DNA from: a virus
Lineage: Duplodnaviria; Heunggongvirae; Uroviricota; Caudoviricetes
Strand: one strand, 5' to 3'
IMG/VR virus record: IMGVR_UViG_3300036945_000242
Coordinates: 64,001 to 87,798 of that record
Length of the DNA: 23,798 bases
Below the pieces are notes generated by a model. The model did not search any database, had not been told where the DNA came from, and saw nothing but the letters and a program-made list of their open reading frames with translations. Positions 16,755 to 23,798 of this stretch are shown here, in pieces; position 1 is the stretch's first letter; every line of letters starts with the position of its first letter. A program made the position numbers and the translations under genes.

Positions 16755-17147
16755 TTATCTCGTTCTATTAAGGATTACACTTACGCTTTGTACAGTGGAG
16801 GTGTTTAATATCATAAATTCTATTGTAACGTACAACGATATATCATCGGGTGATAACTTAGCGGTTACGTTGATAAGCCTTACTCTGGGCTCAAAGTTTT
16901 CAATAGTTTGAGCTACCGCTTTTTGTACCATAATTGGTAACATAGGCGTATTGAGTTCAAACATCAAACCCCGTATAGGGGATCCAATTTCGGGGTGAAA
17001 AGGGCGTTCGTAATAAGACGTTAAAATCAAATTACGTACGGAAGCCTTTATAGCTTGGTCATCGTACTTAATACTAATATCCTTTGTAACTGGGTGAGCT
17101 ATAAAGTTTAAGTCTAAGTCGGAAAAGGTTTTGGTATTTCTAGACAT
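16755..17147 (-). CDS. gp25: Baseplate wedge / sheath-initiator gp25
   Basis: FSDLDLNF..HP.T.DI....D..AIK.SVRNLILT...ERPF.PEIGS....LMFE...I.NFEPRV signature. Confidence 0.96.
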   Translation of the reverse strand: MSRNTKTFSDLDLNFIAHPVTKDISIKYDDQAIKASVRNLILTSYYERPFHPEIGSPIRGLMFELNTPMLPIMVQKAVAQTIENFEPRVRLINVTAKLSPDDISLYVTIEFMILNTSTVQSVSVILNRTR

Positions 17148-17153
17148 TATTTT

Positions 17154-17161
17154 TATTTATT
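17154..17161 (-). promoter_or_regulatory. T4-type late promoter (AATAAATA) for gp25, overlapping the sigma70 -10 box
   Basis: The minus strand reads TATAATAAATAAAAATAATG; the late box ends 6 nt before the gp25 ATG. Confidence 0.65.
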
Positions 17162-17187
17162 ATACTTTAAAAGGGGTTGTAAGTCAA
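17159..17187 (-). promoter_or_regulatory. sigma70-type promoter TTGACT-N17-TATAAT facing gp25
   Basis: Minus strand TTGACT (17187-17182), spacer TACAACCCCTTTTAAAG (17 nt), TATAAT (17164-17159). Confidence 0.8.
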
Positions 17188-17232
17188 GTAATTTATTTCG
17201 TAAAGATTAGGTAAAGTCGCTTGACTTACAAC
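17176..17232. repeat. 13-bp inverted repeat GTTGTAAGTCAAG / CTTGACTTACAAC with a 31-nt spacer
   Basis: 17176-17188 is the exact reverse complement of 17220-17232. Each arm contains a -35 box and the start of the spacer. Confidence 0.95.
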
Positions 17233-17249
17233 TAGGGTAGCGTTATAAT
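17221..17249 (+). promoter_or_regulatory. sigma70-type promoter TTGACT-N17-TATAAT facing the non-coding hairpin region and the antisense strand of gp5
   Basis: TTGACT 17221-17226, spacer TACAACTAGGGTAGCGT (17 nt), TATAAT 17244-17249. Confidence 0.8.
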
Positions 17250-17255
17250 ACCTTT

Positions 17256-17381
17256 AGGTTCTGACTTAACGTAGTTAAGGCACTGCGTAGCAGCGTGAAT
17301 AACTCTGTGTTAATAAGTAAAATAAAACTTAACAAACTTAGACTGTGAGCCTTTGGCTCACCTGCCCGTAGGGCAGTAAGT
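17256..17381 (+). ncRNA. Candidate structured non-coding transcript or DNA-hairpin element
   Basis: Lies downstream of the plus-strand promoter with no credible ORF. Four hairpins: CTTAAC-GTA-GTTAAG, CTGC-GTA-GCAG, GTGAGCC-TTT-GGCTCAC, CTGCCC-GTA-GGGCAG. Transcription is not demonstrated. Confidence 0.35.
17345..17376. terminator. Twin GC-rich hairpins just after the gp5 stop; possible (bidirectional) terminator or processing site
   Basis: Two abutting perfect stems (7 bp and 6 bp) 10-40 nt past the gp5 TAA. On the minus strand they are followed by an interrupted T-rich run, not a clean U-tract. Confidence 0.4.
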
Positions 17382-17386
17382 GTATA

Positions 17387-20302
17387 TTAAGCTTTACTAG
17401 GTCTGTATATAGCCTTGATAGATGAGTTGCTAGCTCTAGTGTAACCTTTATAGTTTATAGTTACTAAACCGCCTGTAGGGTTATTGTTTTTAGGGTCTGT
17501 ACCACCTTGGTTACCGCCAACACAATTAAACGAACCATCAGGTTTAACGTCATAAACAAAGCTTACATGGCTATACGTCCATACGATAATATCTCCTGGA
17601 AGCACCTCACCCGTAACTCTAGTTGCTTTCCACTTTTCTGGGTTATTATGAATAGCGAAAGCCGTAGGCGTAGAAACATAACGGTAATTACATTGCTTTA
17701 AAGTCCAATTTACAAATACCGCACACCAAGGTATTTGGTCGCTAGTTGCGACGGAACCTATACCTAAGTCCTTCCACATTGCTATAATATTAGGGTTACT
17801 ATTAGCCACTGTTTTATTAGACATAGCCCTTTCTGACCAATAACCTTCATTAGCTAGGTCTAATTGCTTCTTCAAGAAAGCTTGTAAGTCGGTAGCTTTA
17901 GCTCCGGATATTTGACTAGAAGTTTCTGGTACTTGCGGTTCAGGTCCTCGTACAGGGTTTATTCCTGCCGCTTCAGCTTCGGGGTTTCTATACCTATCCG
18001 GATTAGCTATAAAGTCAGCGTTAGCTCTTGCGTTCTCAGCTTCCAATTCGGGCGGTATATATACCGTTGGACTAGGTCTTACGGGTGTTTGTAATACGTC
18101 AAAACTCTGAACCACTACGCCTCTTTCTTCGGGTACGGCTGTAACGGGTAGTAACGTTTCGGCTGCGCCTCCAACATTTACATCTACCGTAGAGTTAAAG
18201 CTAGTCGTAGTCAATTCAACGCCAGCGGTTGACATATGCATTTTACCGCCAACCGTAGCGTGTATATCGCCCGCTACGCTTAAGAATAAACCCCCGCCAA
18301 TAACACACTCCACGTCACTAGCTACGCCTAAACTTAAGTCTCCGTGTATATTAGCTATACAAGAACCCCCAACATCAATATCCGCACTACCCGCAACAGA
18401 TACTTGAGCGTTGCCATCAATATTTACAGTACAAGCTCCGCCGATGTAAATAAACCCATTTCGGTCGATAATAGTATAACCATCCCCCACTATTTTATTG
18501 ACCTGAGTACCATTAGCGTCTATATCAATAAACGTTCCCGCCTTATGGGTTAAGCTTACGGTTTCATGTCCTGGAGTGTCGTCAAACATCTGTAAGTGAC
18601 CCGACTCCGACTCATAAACTTTAACGTAAGGGTACTCACCGCCCCATGGGGCTAGGGGTTGTTCCCAAGATATTTCATCTAATCCGTTAGGATACTTAAC
18701 GTTTCTAGTTCTACCTTGGTCTTTAGCAGCTAATGCGGTTTCTTTAAATACGCCTCTAGCTAGTCTATTAGTGCTAGGTTCATCCATTAAGTTTCTTAAC
18801 GGATATTTACCCATTGGGTCTTGAAATCCGACGGTGGTTACCGTTGGTCTATCTTCCGAAAGGGTAGCTTGACGTTGGGGCGATAGATATTGATTTTCGG
18901 CTTTATCCGGAACTCGCTCATCATTAGCCATAGATTTGTTAGTACTGTCTTGAATAACACCTTGACCTAAGAAGTATTCGTACATTTTATGTTTCTTAAT
19001 ATACGAATCGGCTACGGGTTTTCCTACCCTTTTTTTGGCGGCATCAAAATACGTTGGGCTATTTCTATCGCCCTTAACGTAGAGCTTAAAGAACATTACT
19101 GCTGCTAAAGCGGATTTCTCATAGTCTGTAATCAATATATCTGGATTATCCACTAATGGGATATTAAACCCTTCTTTAGCTAAGGCTTGTTGTATGTCAA
19201 AGTAACCACGCTTACCCGTTATTTGAACGAAACCCCGCCCATAATACTTACCCCCATCTCCAGGTAATTTATTACCTAATTCCTTACCCTTCGGATTATC
19301 GAAGCCGTACACGAACTCAAAAAACTCTGACCTTGGTCCATTCCAATTATGGTATTTTTTCCCTCTTACGGGGTCTTTACTATATGCGCTTCTAAACGTA
19401 GAAGTGTATTTATCAAAATCGCTATACTTACACCCCTCTTCAACTGGTTGCCACATAGACTCGCCACCACAAATACCCAAGATAGAACACTTAGCGTATT
19501 TACTGGTTATACCTAGCTTATCACACGCATCCAACAACGCTTTAATACCACGTCGCATATCTCCACGACCGCTTTTATCAATTAGTTTTTCAGGTCCTGG
19601 TTCTAGAGGAATTGCGGATTTAAGCGTTAAATCCGTCGCCTTACTGGTTTCTGGTTGAGCGGTTAGCTTAACTTCTTCATCAGTTTCTATTTTAGGTGTA
19701 ATTGTAGGCTTAGAAGTATCATTAGCGTTAAGTGGTTCCGCCCTAATACCTCCGCCCGAAGGGGCTGTAGCGGTTGTGCTTCCTCCACCAAACAACCCGC
19801 TTAATATGCTGCTGATAATACCGCCTAATCCGCCACCCAAGCCTAAACTACTCAAGAACGAAGCGAAAGCGTTTTTATACTCATCTTGACCAACTACCAC
19901 GTCCGATCCGTCTGGGTTCTTAACTGGTTCTCCGTCTGGAGTAGTAATAACCCCACCATCGGTTACTAGGTTATCGGTATCGCCAACAGCGGTTTCCGCA
20001 GCTTGGCTTCGGTGGATACCGTTAAATGTACCTAACATAATAGGTAGTTGTTGCTCGGGGTCTCTGAAGATAACCATAACCCAAGTTCCAGGAACTAACC
20101 CCACTGGAGCATTACCCACCCCGCTCATACTAGCACTGGTTATAGGCATTAGCGGTACTGCCCAAGGTAAATCTTCCGTAGGTAGAACGGACTTATCTTC
20201 CGTGTGTAAACCTACAACCCTAACCCTACATCTACCGATTTTTAAAGGATCTTCTCTATCCTCTACCACCCCAACAAAGTATGATACCGTTCCTTGATCC
20301 AT
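17387..20302 (-). CDS. gp5: Baseplate hub / cell-puncturing protein gp5 with GH19-like and CHAP-like domains (971 aa)
   Basis: OB-fold N-terminus (FVGVVEDREDPLKIGRCRVRV.G.H..LPWA), GF.DP.GKYP..NRLARG, YPY.KVYESESGH...DDTPG.E....H..GTF, and about 12 VxGxxxxx beta-helix repeats. Internal GES..EE..DG.KY.GRGF.QITG (GH19-like) and C-terminal PWCA.FVNW..SHV.FV..GGNQ (CHAP/TIGR02594-like). Confidence 0.93.
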   Translation of the reverse strand: MDQGTVSYFVGVVEDREDPLKIGRCRVRVVGLHTEDKSVLPTEDLPWAVPLMPITSASMSGVGNAPVGLVPGTWVMVIFRDPEQQLPIMLGTFNGIHRSQAAETAVGDTDNLVTDGGVITTPDGEPVKNPDGSDVVVGQDEYKNAFASFLSSLGLGGGLGGIISSILSGLFGGGSTTATAPSGGGIRAEPLNANDTSKPTITPKIETDEEVKLTAQPETSKATDLTLKSAIPLEPGPEKLIDKSGRGDMRRGIKALLDACDKLGITSKYAKCSILGICGGESMWQPVEEGCKYSDFDKYTSTFRSAYSKDPVRGKKYHNWNGPRSEFFEFVYGFDNPKGKELGNKLPGDGGKYYGRGFVQITGKRGYFDIQQALAKEGFNIPLVDNPDILITDYEKSALAAVMFFKLYVKGDRNSPTYFDAAKKRVGKPVADSYIKKHKMYEYFLGQGVIQDSTNKSMANDERVPDKAENQYLSPQRQATLSEDRPTVTTVGFQDPMGKYPLRNLMDEPSTNRLARGVFKETALAAKDQGRTRNVKYPNGLDEISWEQPLAPWGGEYPYVKVYESESGHLQMFDDTPGHETVSLTHKAGTFIDIDANGTQVNKIVGDGYTIIDRNGFIYIGGACTVNIDGNAQVSVAGSADIDVGGSCIANIHGDLSLGVASDVECVIGGGLFLSVAGDIHATVGGKMHMSTAGVELTTTSFNSTVDVNVGGAAETLLPVTAVPEERGVVVQSFDVLQTPVRPSPTVYIPPELEAENARANADFIANPDRYRNPEAEAAGINPVRGPEPQVPETSSQISGAKATDLQAFLKKQLDLANEGYWSERAMSNKTVANSNPNIIAMWKDLGIGSVATSDQIPWCAVFVNWTLKQCNYRYVSTPTAFAIHNNPEKWKATRVTGEVLPGDIIVWTYSHVSFVYDVKPDGSFNCVGGNQGGTDPKNNNPTGGLVTINYKGYTRASNSSIKAIYRPSKA

Positions 20303-21648
20303 TAGTTCGCCTTTCCGTCTAAGTCAATAACCAAAGAATCTTTAATCAATTCCATATGGCATTCGTGTTTTTCTTTACTAATTGTGTGATTGATAGCACC
20401 TATTATATAAGCACCGCTCAATAATTTATCCAGTTGTTTCTCGTTAGAATCCTCTTTATTCATAGGTTCTTTCTGGAACGCTTTAACCCCAACTACTTGC
20501 CCAACGGTGTAGTCGGTTCGTCCAGGAACGGTAATTTCTATCTTATTAGCCTGAGCCATCATTAACCTAGAAATTCTAGCTTGGGTAATATCGGTGTTAG
20601 AAACGTTACCGTACCCCGTAAAAGAACTCTTTTGTATAACATCATTGAACATTGCGGAACGAGCCGTAGCCAATAATTTTTTAGATTGCGTAGAGTATTT
20701 GTTTAAGTGAATCTCTTTATTGGGGTCATTCCAATCGGTGTACATAGAGTGCTTAGCGTTCTTATAACGCATAGTGGTTATATCAAACGATATCATCCTA
20801 GACCCGTACATACCGCCCGTAACTCGTTCCATAAAGTTATGGCTAACGGGTATTGTTAATTTATCTATACGCTTATAATCTAATTCAGGAACCCTAGAAC
20901 TACCGCCCGTAGGGGATATTAGTTGGTAAGGGTTATTGTACTCAAACTCTTGAACCAACGGTTGAATGTAGATATAGTCCAAACTTAAGAAATTAAACCC
21001 ATTCCTATTCTCGTAGAATAGGTAAGTAGGTGCGCCAATAGTGTTAATAGCGTTATCGGTCAAGTAGATTAAACTTTTAACTGGAGACCAATAATTAGAA
21101 ACAAACTTAGTCTTATTCTTAGTGGGTTCTATATTACATTGTTTGTTCGTATATAACCCATCTTCTTCTAACATTATGTTTTGAGCAATATCGGATATTA
21201 CCCCATCATACGCTCTAGAAGCCTTAGAGTTCATATCCGTAATAGCTTCCATGGATATAAAGTGTAGTTTATACACTACGCTACGCTCAGCCACCTCGGT
21301 AACGTCTTCCATCTTATAGATATAGAATTTACCTTGTATAATGCCTGCGGGTGAGTCGTCTAGGGTTGGTGTAAATATTTTAAGTTCTACCGCTTCCTCA
21401 CCTACCATCGGGAAGAAATTAGTGAAGTCTAACGACTCTCGAAATACTAATATCCCTGTGATGAAAGGGGAGAATAAATCCTCGAATACGTGTATTGTAA
21501 CTAATTGATTTTTAACGTTAAAATATCTACCCGTAGCCAACGAAATCATCATGACGCTCTCTACGTTCACGTCTCCCGCTAACCGTAATTTATTCGAGCT
21601 ATTAGAGTCGTCTCTTTGTATTGGTTGTATAGTTACTTCAGTTGTCAT
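20302..21648 (-). CDS. Baseplate hub protein, gp27-like (Mu gp44 / late-control D type fold)
   Basis: IHVFEDLFSPFITG...P.VGEE near the N-terminus and C-terminal ITVPG.T...VG....LSG.YII.AI.H.I....H...ELIKDS. It sits between gp53 and gp5 with TAATG overlaps on both sides. Confidence 0.7.
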   Translation of the reverse strand: MTTEVTIQPIQRDDSNSSNKLRLAGDVNVESVMMISLATGRYFNVKNQLVTIHVFEDLFSPFITGILVFRESLDFTNFFPMVGEEAVELKIFTPTLDDSPAGIIQGKFYIYKMEDVTEVAERSVVYKLHFISMEAITDMNSKASRAYDGVISDIAQNIMLEEDGLYTNKQCNIEPTKNKTKFVSNYWSPVKSLIYLTDNAINTIGAPTYLFYENRNGFNFLSLDYIYIQPLVQEFEYNNPYQLISPTGGSSRVPELDYKRIDKLTIPVSHNFMERVTGGMYGSRMISFDITTMRYKNAKHSMYTDWNDPNKEIHLNKYSTQSKKLLATARSAMFNDVIQKSSFTGYGNVSNTDITQARISRLMMAQANKIEITVPGRTDYTVGQVVGVKAFQKEPMNKEDSNEKQLDKLLSGAYIIGAINHTISKEKHECHMELIKDSLVIDLDGKAN

Positions 21649-22142
21649 TATAACAGTTTTCCGAATTCGGTGTTTATCTGATCAATCATAGCCTTAGAAA
21701 CTAGCTTAATTCTACGCTTAGACTCGTTTATACGCTCTTCGTAAAGCATATTAGAAACAGGTACAGCGGTAGGTGCGTCAGAGTTTACTACAAACCCGTT
21801 AGCGTCTTCATAGTGGCGAGTGACGTACATTTGGTCAGTGCCGTATTTACTTCTAACGTATTCTTCTAATCTATCGTAACTCATTGGCCAATCATTCACA
21901 TAGTCAAAGCGTAAATTAGCTAACATTAAAGCCCAGTGATATTGGGTAGAACCGTATATTCTATGAGCTATAATTTCTGGGGTATCGCCGTCTATAATAT
22001 CGTATTCATCGTAGATAGTAATGTTTTCAAGAGTTTCTTTTATAAAGCGAACGTTTATTGATACGTCCTTTATAACAAACATACGATCCTCCCCCGCTAC
22101 GGGGAAGTTGTAATAGATAACGGGTAGTTTATTAAAGTACAT
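21648..22142 (-). CDS. gp53: Baseplate wedge protein gp53
   Basis: MYF.K.P...Y, Y.I.DGDTPE.IA.RIYG...YHW...LAN......DWP.S...L..Y...KYG..HYE, and YEERINE.KR.IKL motifs. Confidence 0.93.
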   Translation of the reverse strand: MYFNKLPVIYYNFPVAGEDRMFVIKDVSINVRFIKETLENITIYDEYDIIDGDTPEIIAHRIYGSTQYHWALMLANLRFDYVNDWPMSYDRLEEYVRSKYGTDQMYVTRHYEDANGFVVNSDAPTAVPVSNMLYEERINESKRRIKLVSKAMIDQINTEFGKLL

Positions 22143-22143
22143 T

Positions 22144-23253
22144 TTAATACAATTCTTGGATAAGTTCTTTAGTAAGCACAGCCAATTCCATAAAGGTCAT
22201 AGTAACCTCTATTTGTGTTGGGCTTCCGTCTGGGAACGTAGAAAAAGTCCCAGCACCTGGAGTATAGTTTACGGTCATATCTGTAAGCACACAAGACGTA
22301 TGGCGGTGTAAATTAACGTTCTCTTTAGCGTTTTGGAAATACGTTATATCAAATTCGGAAGGATATATGTATAAGAAGTTATTCTCATCTTTATACTCCG
22401 GATGCATATGATATTTGAAAGCCTTAATGATATTTCTTACGTTAGAAGATTCGGCGGCATTTCTAGGTGAAAATAGGTACTTAAATGTAAATCTCCTACG
22501 ATCAACGCCCTTAAATATCTGTTCTTTCTTTGGGTTTGCGGCAAGACCGGAAGCTGCAGAAAGGGCTGCAGCGATAATAGGTGTTTTGTTTAGAGCCATA
22601 TTGGCTCCTACAGCGGGTGCGGCAGACGCTATCGAAGTAGAAATAATAGCATCCGCAGCTTGGAACGCCATAGTATCTTCTTCTTGCCAATTAACACCAT
22701 AAGATATAGAAAGCGAGTTAGGGACGTGCATAGCAATTGCGGTTCGTAAACGCTTTTGTTGTCGGTTCATACTTGCGGCTTGAGCAGCTATTAAAGCAGC
22801 TGCTCCGCCTCCTATTAACGCTCCAGTTCCGATTTTACCTAAAGCGGTCGGTCCTTTAATTACTGCCCCTGCAGCGTCTTTTTTATTCACTAAGGGTAGT
22901 CCAGCCGTCAATGCGGCAACTCCACCTGTAGCACCCCCAATCGCAGCTCCAATAACGGTAGCTTTAACTTTAGATAGGTCGGAACCCGCTATCTCACCAC
23001 GAATTCTAGGTGGTATTGCAGCGGTAACAACATTGTTATCAGTAGTGGCTAGTTTAGCTATCTTAGAATCGACCGCTACGTTAATATAGAAAACGACATA
23101 ATTACCCCCGTATATACCTTGCTTACTAAATAGATCGTTAGGGTATTGATGCTGGGTTACATTGTATTCTTTGTCTTCAAACGTTACTGGTGGTCTAGCT
23201 GGTGCGGGTACTGGCATTATGCCAACGTCGGTTTTTGGGGCTTCTGCCATCAT
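22144..23253 (-). CDS. gp48: Baseplate tail-tube cap gp48
   Basis: I.MHVP..L..SY..NW, NP..EQIFKGVD.R.F.F.Y.F.PRN..ES..V..II..FKYHMHP, YPSEFDI.Y, CVLT.M.VNY.P and DG.P..I...MTF.EL..LTKE motifs. Confidence 0.9.
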   Translation of the reverse strand: MMAEAPKTDVGIMPVPAPARPPVTFEDKEYNVTQHQYPNDLFSKQGIYGGNYVVFYINVAVDSKIAKLATTDNNVVTAAIPPRIRGEIAGSDLSKVKATVIGAAIGGATGGVAALTAGLPLVNKKDAAGAVIKGPTALGKIGTGALIGGGAAALIAAQAASMNRQQKRLRTAIAMHVPNSLSISYGVNWQEEDTMAFQAADAIISTSIASAAPAVGANMALNKTPIIAAALSAASGLAANPKKEQIFKGVDRRRFTFKYLFSPRNAAESSNVRNIIKAFKYHMHPEYKDENNFLYIYPSEFDITYFQNAKENVNLHRHTSCVLTDMTVNYTPGAGTFSTFPDGSPTQIEVTMTFMELAVLTKELIQELY

Positions 23254-23281
23254 TTTACCTTTTAATATTAAATTTACCTAT

Positions 23282-23289
23282 TATTTATA
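23282..23289 (-). promoter_or_regulatory. Consensus T4 late promoter TATAAATA driving the gp48-gp53-hub-gp5 operon
   Basis: Plus-strand tatttata at 23282-23289 reads TATAAATA on the minus strand, about 30 nt upstream of the gp48 ATG. Confidence 0.8.
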
Positions 23290-23729
23290 TGTTTCATAAA
23301 AGAAAATATACACCACAAAATCCGCAAAAGTATGGCGGAGACCCTACGAATATTATTATGCGTAGTTCTTGGGAGACTAAATTCGCTATCTGGTGCGATA
23401 GAAACCCATCAGTTATAAAGTGGACTTCAGAGGAAACCGTTGTACCGTATAGGTGTCCAACTGATCAATATAAAAAGATTCATAGGTATTTTGTAGATTT
23501 TTATATTCAGATAAAACAAACGGACGGTACTGTAAAGGGTTATCTAATAGAGGTAAAACCTCATAAACAAACCTTACCGCCAATCTATCCAGGAAAGAAA
23601 ACTAAACGATTCATGACCGAGGCTTTAACCTACGCCAAGAACCAAGCTAAGTGGAAGGCTGCGAATGAATACGCTAAAGACCGTAATATGGAATTTAAGA
23701 TATTGACGGAAAACGAGCTTGGTATATAA
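23289..23729 (+). CDS. gp4: Head completion protein gp4 (PD-(D/E)XK / TnsA-like nuclease fold), 146 aa
   Basis: P.NP.KY.GDP.NII.RSSWE.KF..WCD.NP.V..W.SEE..VPY, HRYFVDF, LIEVKP..QT.PP and NQAKW.AA motifs. Start reassigned from 23202 to ATG 23289, because the extension overlaps gp48 and does not resemble gp4. Confidence 0.93.
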   Translation: MFHKRKYTPQNPQKYGGDPTNIIMRSSWETKFAIWCDRNPSVIKWTSEETVVPYRCPTDQYKKIHRYFVDFYIQIKQTDGTVKGYLIEVKPHKQTLPPIYPGKKTKRFMTEALTYAKNQAKWKAANEYAKDRNMEFKILTENELGI

Positions 23730-23731
23730 CT

Positions 23732-23739
23732 AATAAATA
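23732..23739 (+). promoter_or_regulatory. Probable late promoter (AATAAATA) for the gene starting at 23763
   Basis: N-ATAAATA in the intergenic gap right after the gp4 stop, about 24 nt before the ATG. Confidence 0.55.
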
Positions 23740-23762
23740 ATAAATTAAACAGTAAAATTACC

Positions 23763-23798
23763 ATGGCATCAATATCAGAATTTGTTAGCGAAATTAGT
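23763..23798 (+). CDS. First 12 codons of a late gene, possibly the gp54-like tail-tube initiator
   Basis: MASISEFVSEIS after a late-promoter box. It resembles the 'ISEF.S.I' starts of gp54-like proteins but is too short to be sure. Confidence 0.4.
   Translation, partial: MASISEFVSEIS

Noticed and set aside
17250-17386. tRNA, PAAR gene or small peptide in the gp5-gp25 gap
   Set aside because: No cloverleaf or T-loop consensus and no PAAR motif; only a 17-codon GTG-start frame without an RBS.
17507-22702. Plus-strand ORFs 17507-17701, 17912-18094, 18344-18553, 19404-19658 and 22415-22702
   Set aside because: They are antisense to gp5 or gp48 with no RBS or motif support. I considered them as repEA/repEB-like products of the 17221 promoter, but nothing in the sequence supports that and the hairpins at 17345-17376 may stop that transcript.
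23202-23288. 29-aa N-terminal extension of gp4 in the ORF track
   Set aside because: It overlaps gp48 and the intergenic promoter; gp4 similarity begins at Met30.
23289-23729. gp4 as a Tn7 TnsA transposase or mobile element
   Set aside because: The TnsA-like nuclease fold is normal for T4 gp4, and there are no tnsB/C genes or terminal repeats.

Overview
This window is the virion-morphogenesis region of a T4-like (T4-superfamily) myophage, with gene content closer to environmental cyanophage/pelagiphage-type T4-likes than to coliphage T4. The minus strand carries a tightly coupled cluster: gp48 - gp53 - gp27-like hub - gp5 - [239-bp non-coding gap] - gp25 - gp6 - gp7-like - small fibre-anchor-like gene - gp8-like - DUF4815/VrlC-like 2068-aa protein - 77-aa coiled-coil protein - 435-aa fibre - gp13 (truncated by the window edge). 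The plus strand carries gp4 and the first 12 codons of a probable gp54-like gene. No tRNA, CRISPR array, integrase or homing endonuclease was seen. Four observations stand out. (1) The gp5-gp25 gap holds two back-to-back near-consensus sigma70 promoters sharing a 13-bp inverted repeat; one points into a non-coding cluster of C-GTA-G triloop hairpins. (2) gp7 contains an AT-rich insert that looks like a circularly permuted lectin-like phage domain, set inside an 18-aa repeat array with a perfect 54-bp duplication. (3) gp5 carries a GH19-like domain in place of T4 lysozyme plus a C-terminal CHAP-like domain, and no PAAR gene follows it. (4) Small modules (CBM5/12-like, 'TSGATA..NVKGTF..GETI') are shared among gp8, the VrlC-like protein and gp13. 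All family assignments come from motif recognition and synteny, not database searches.
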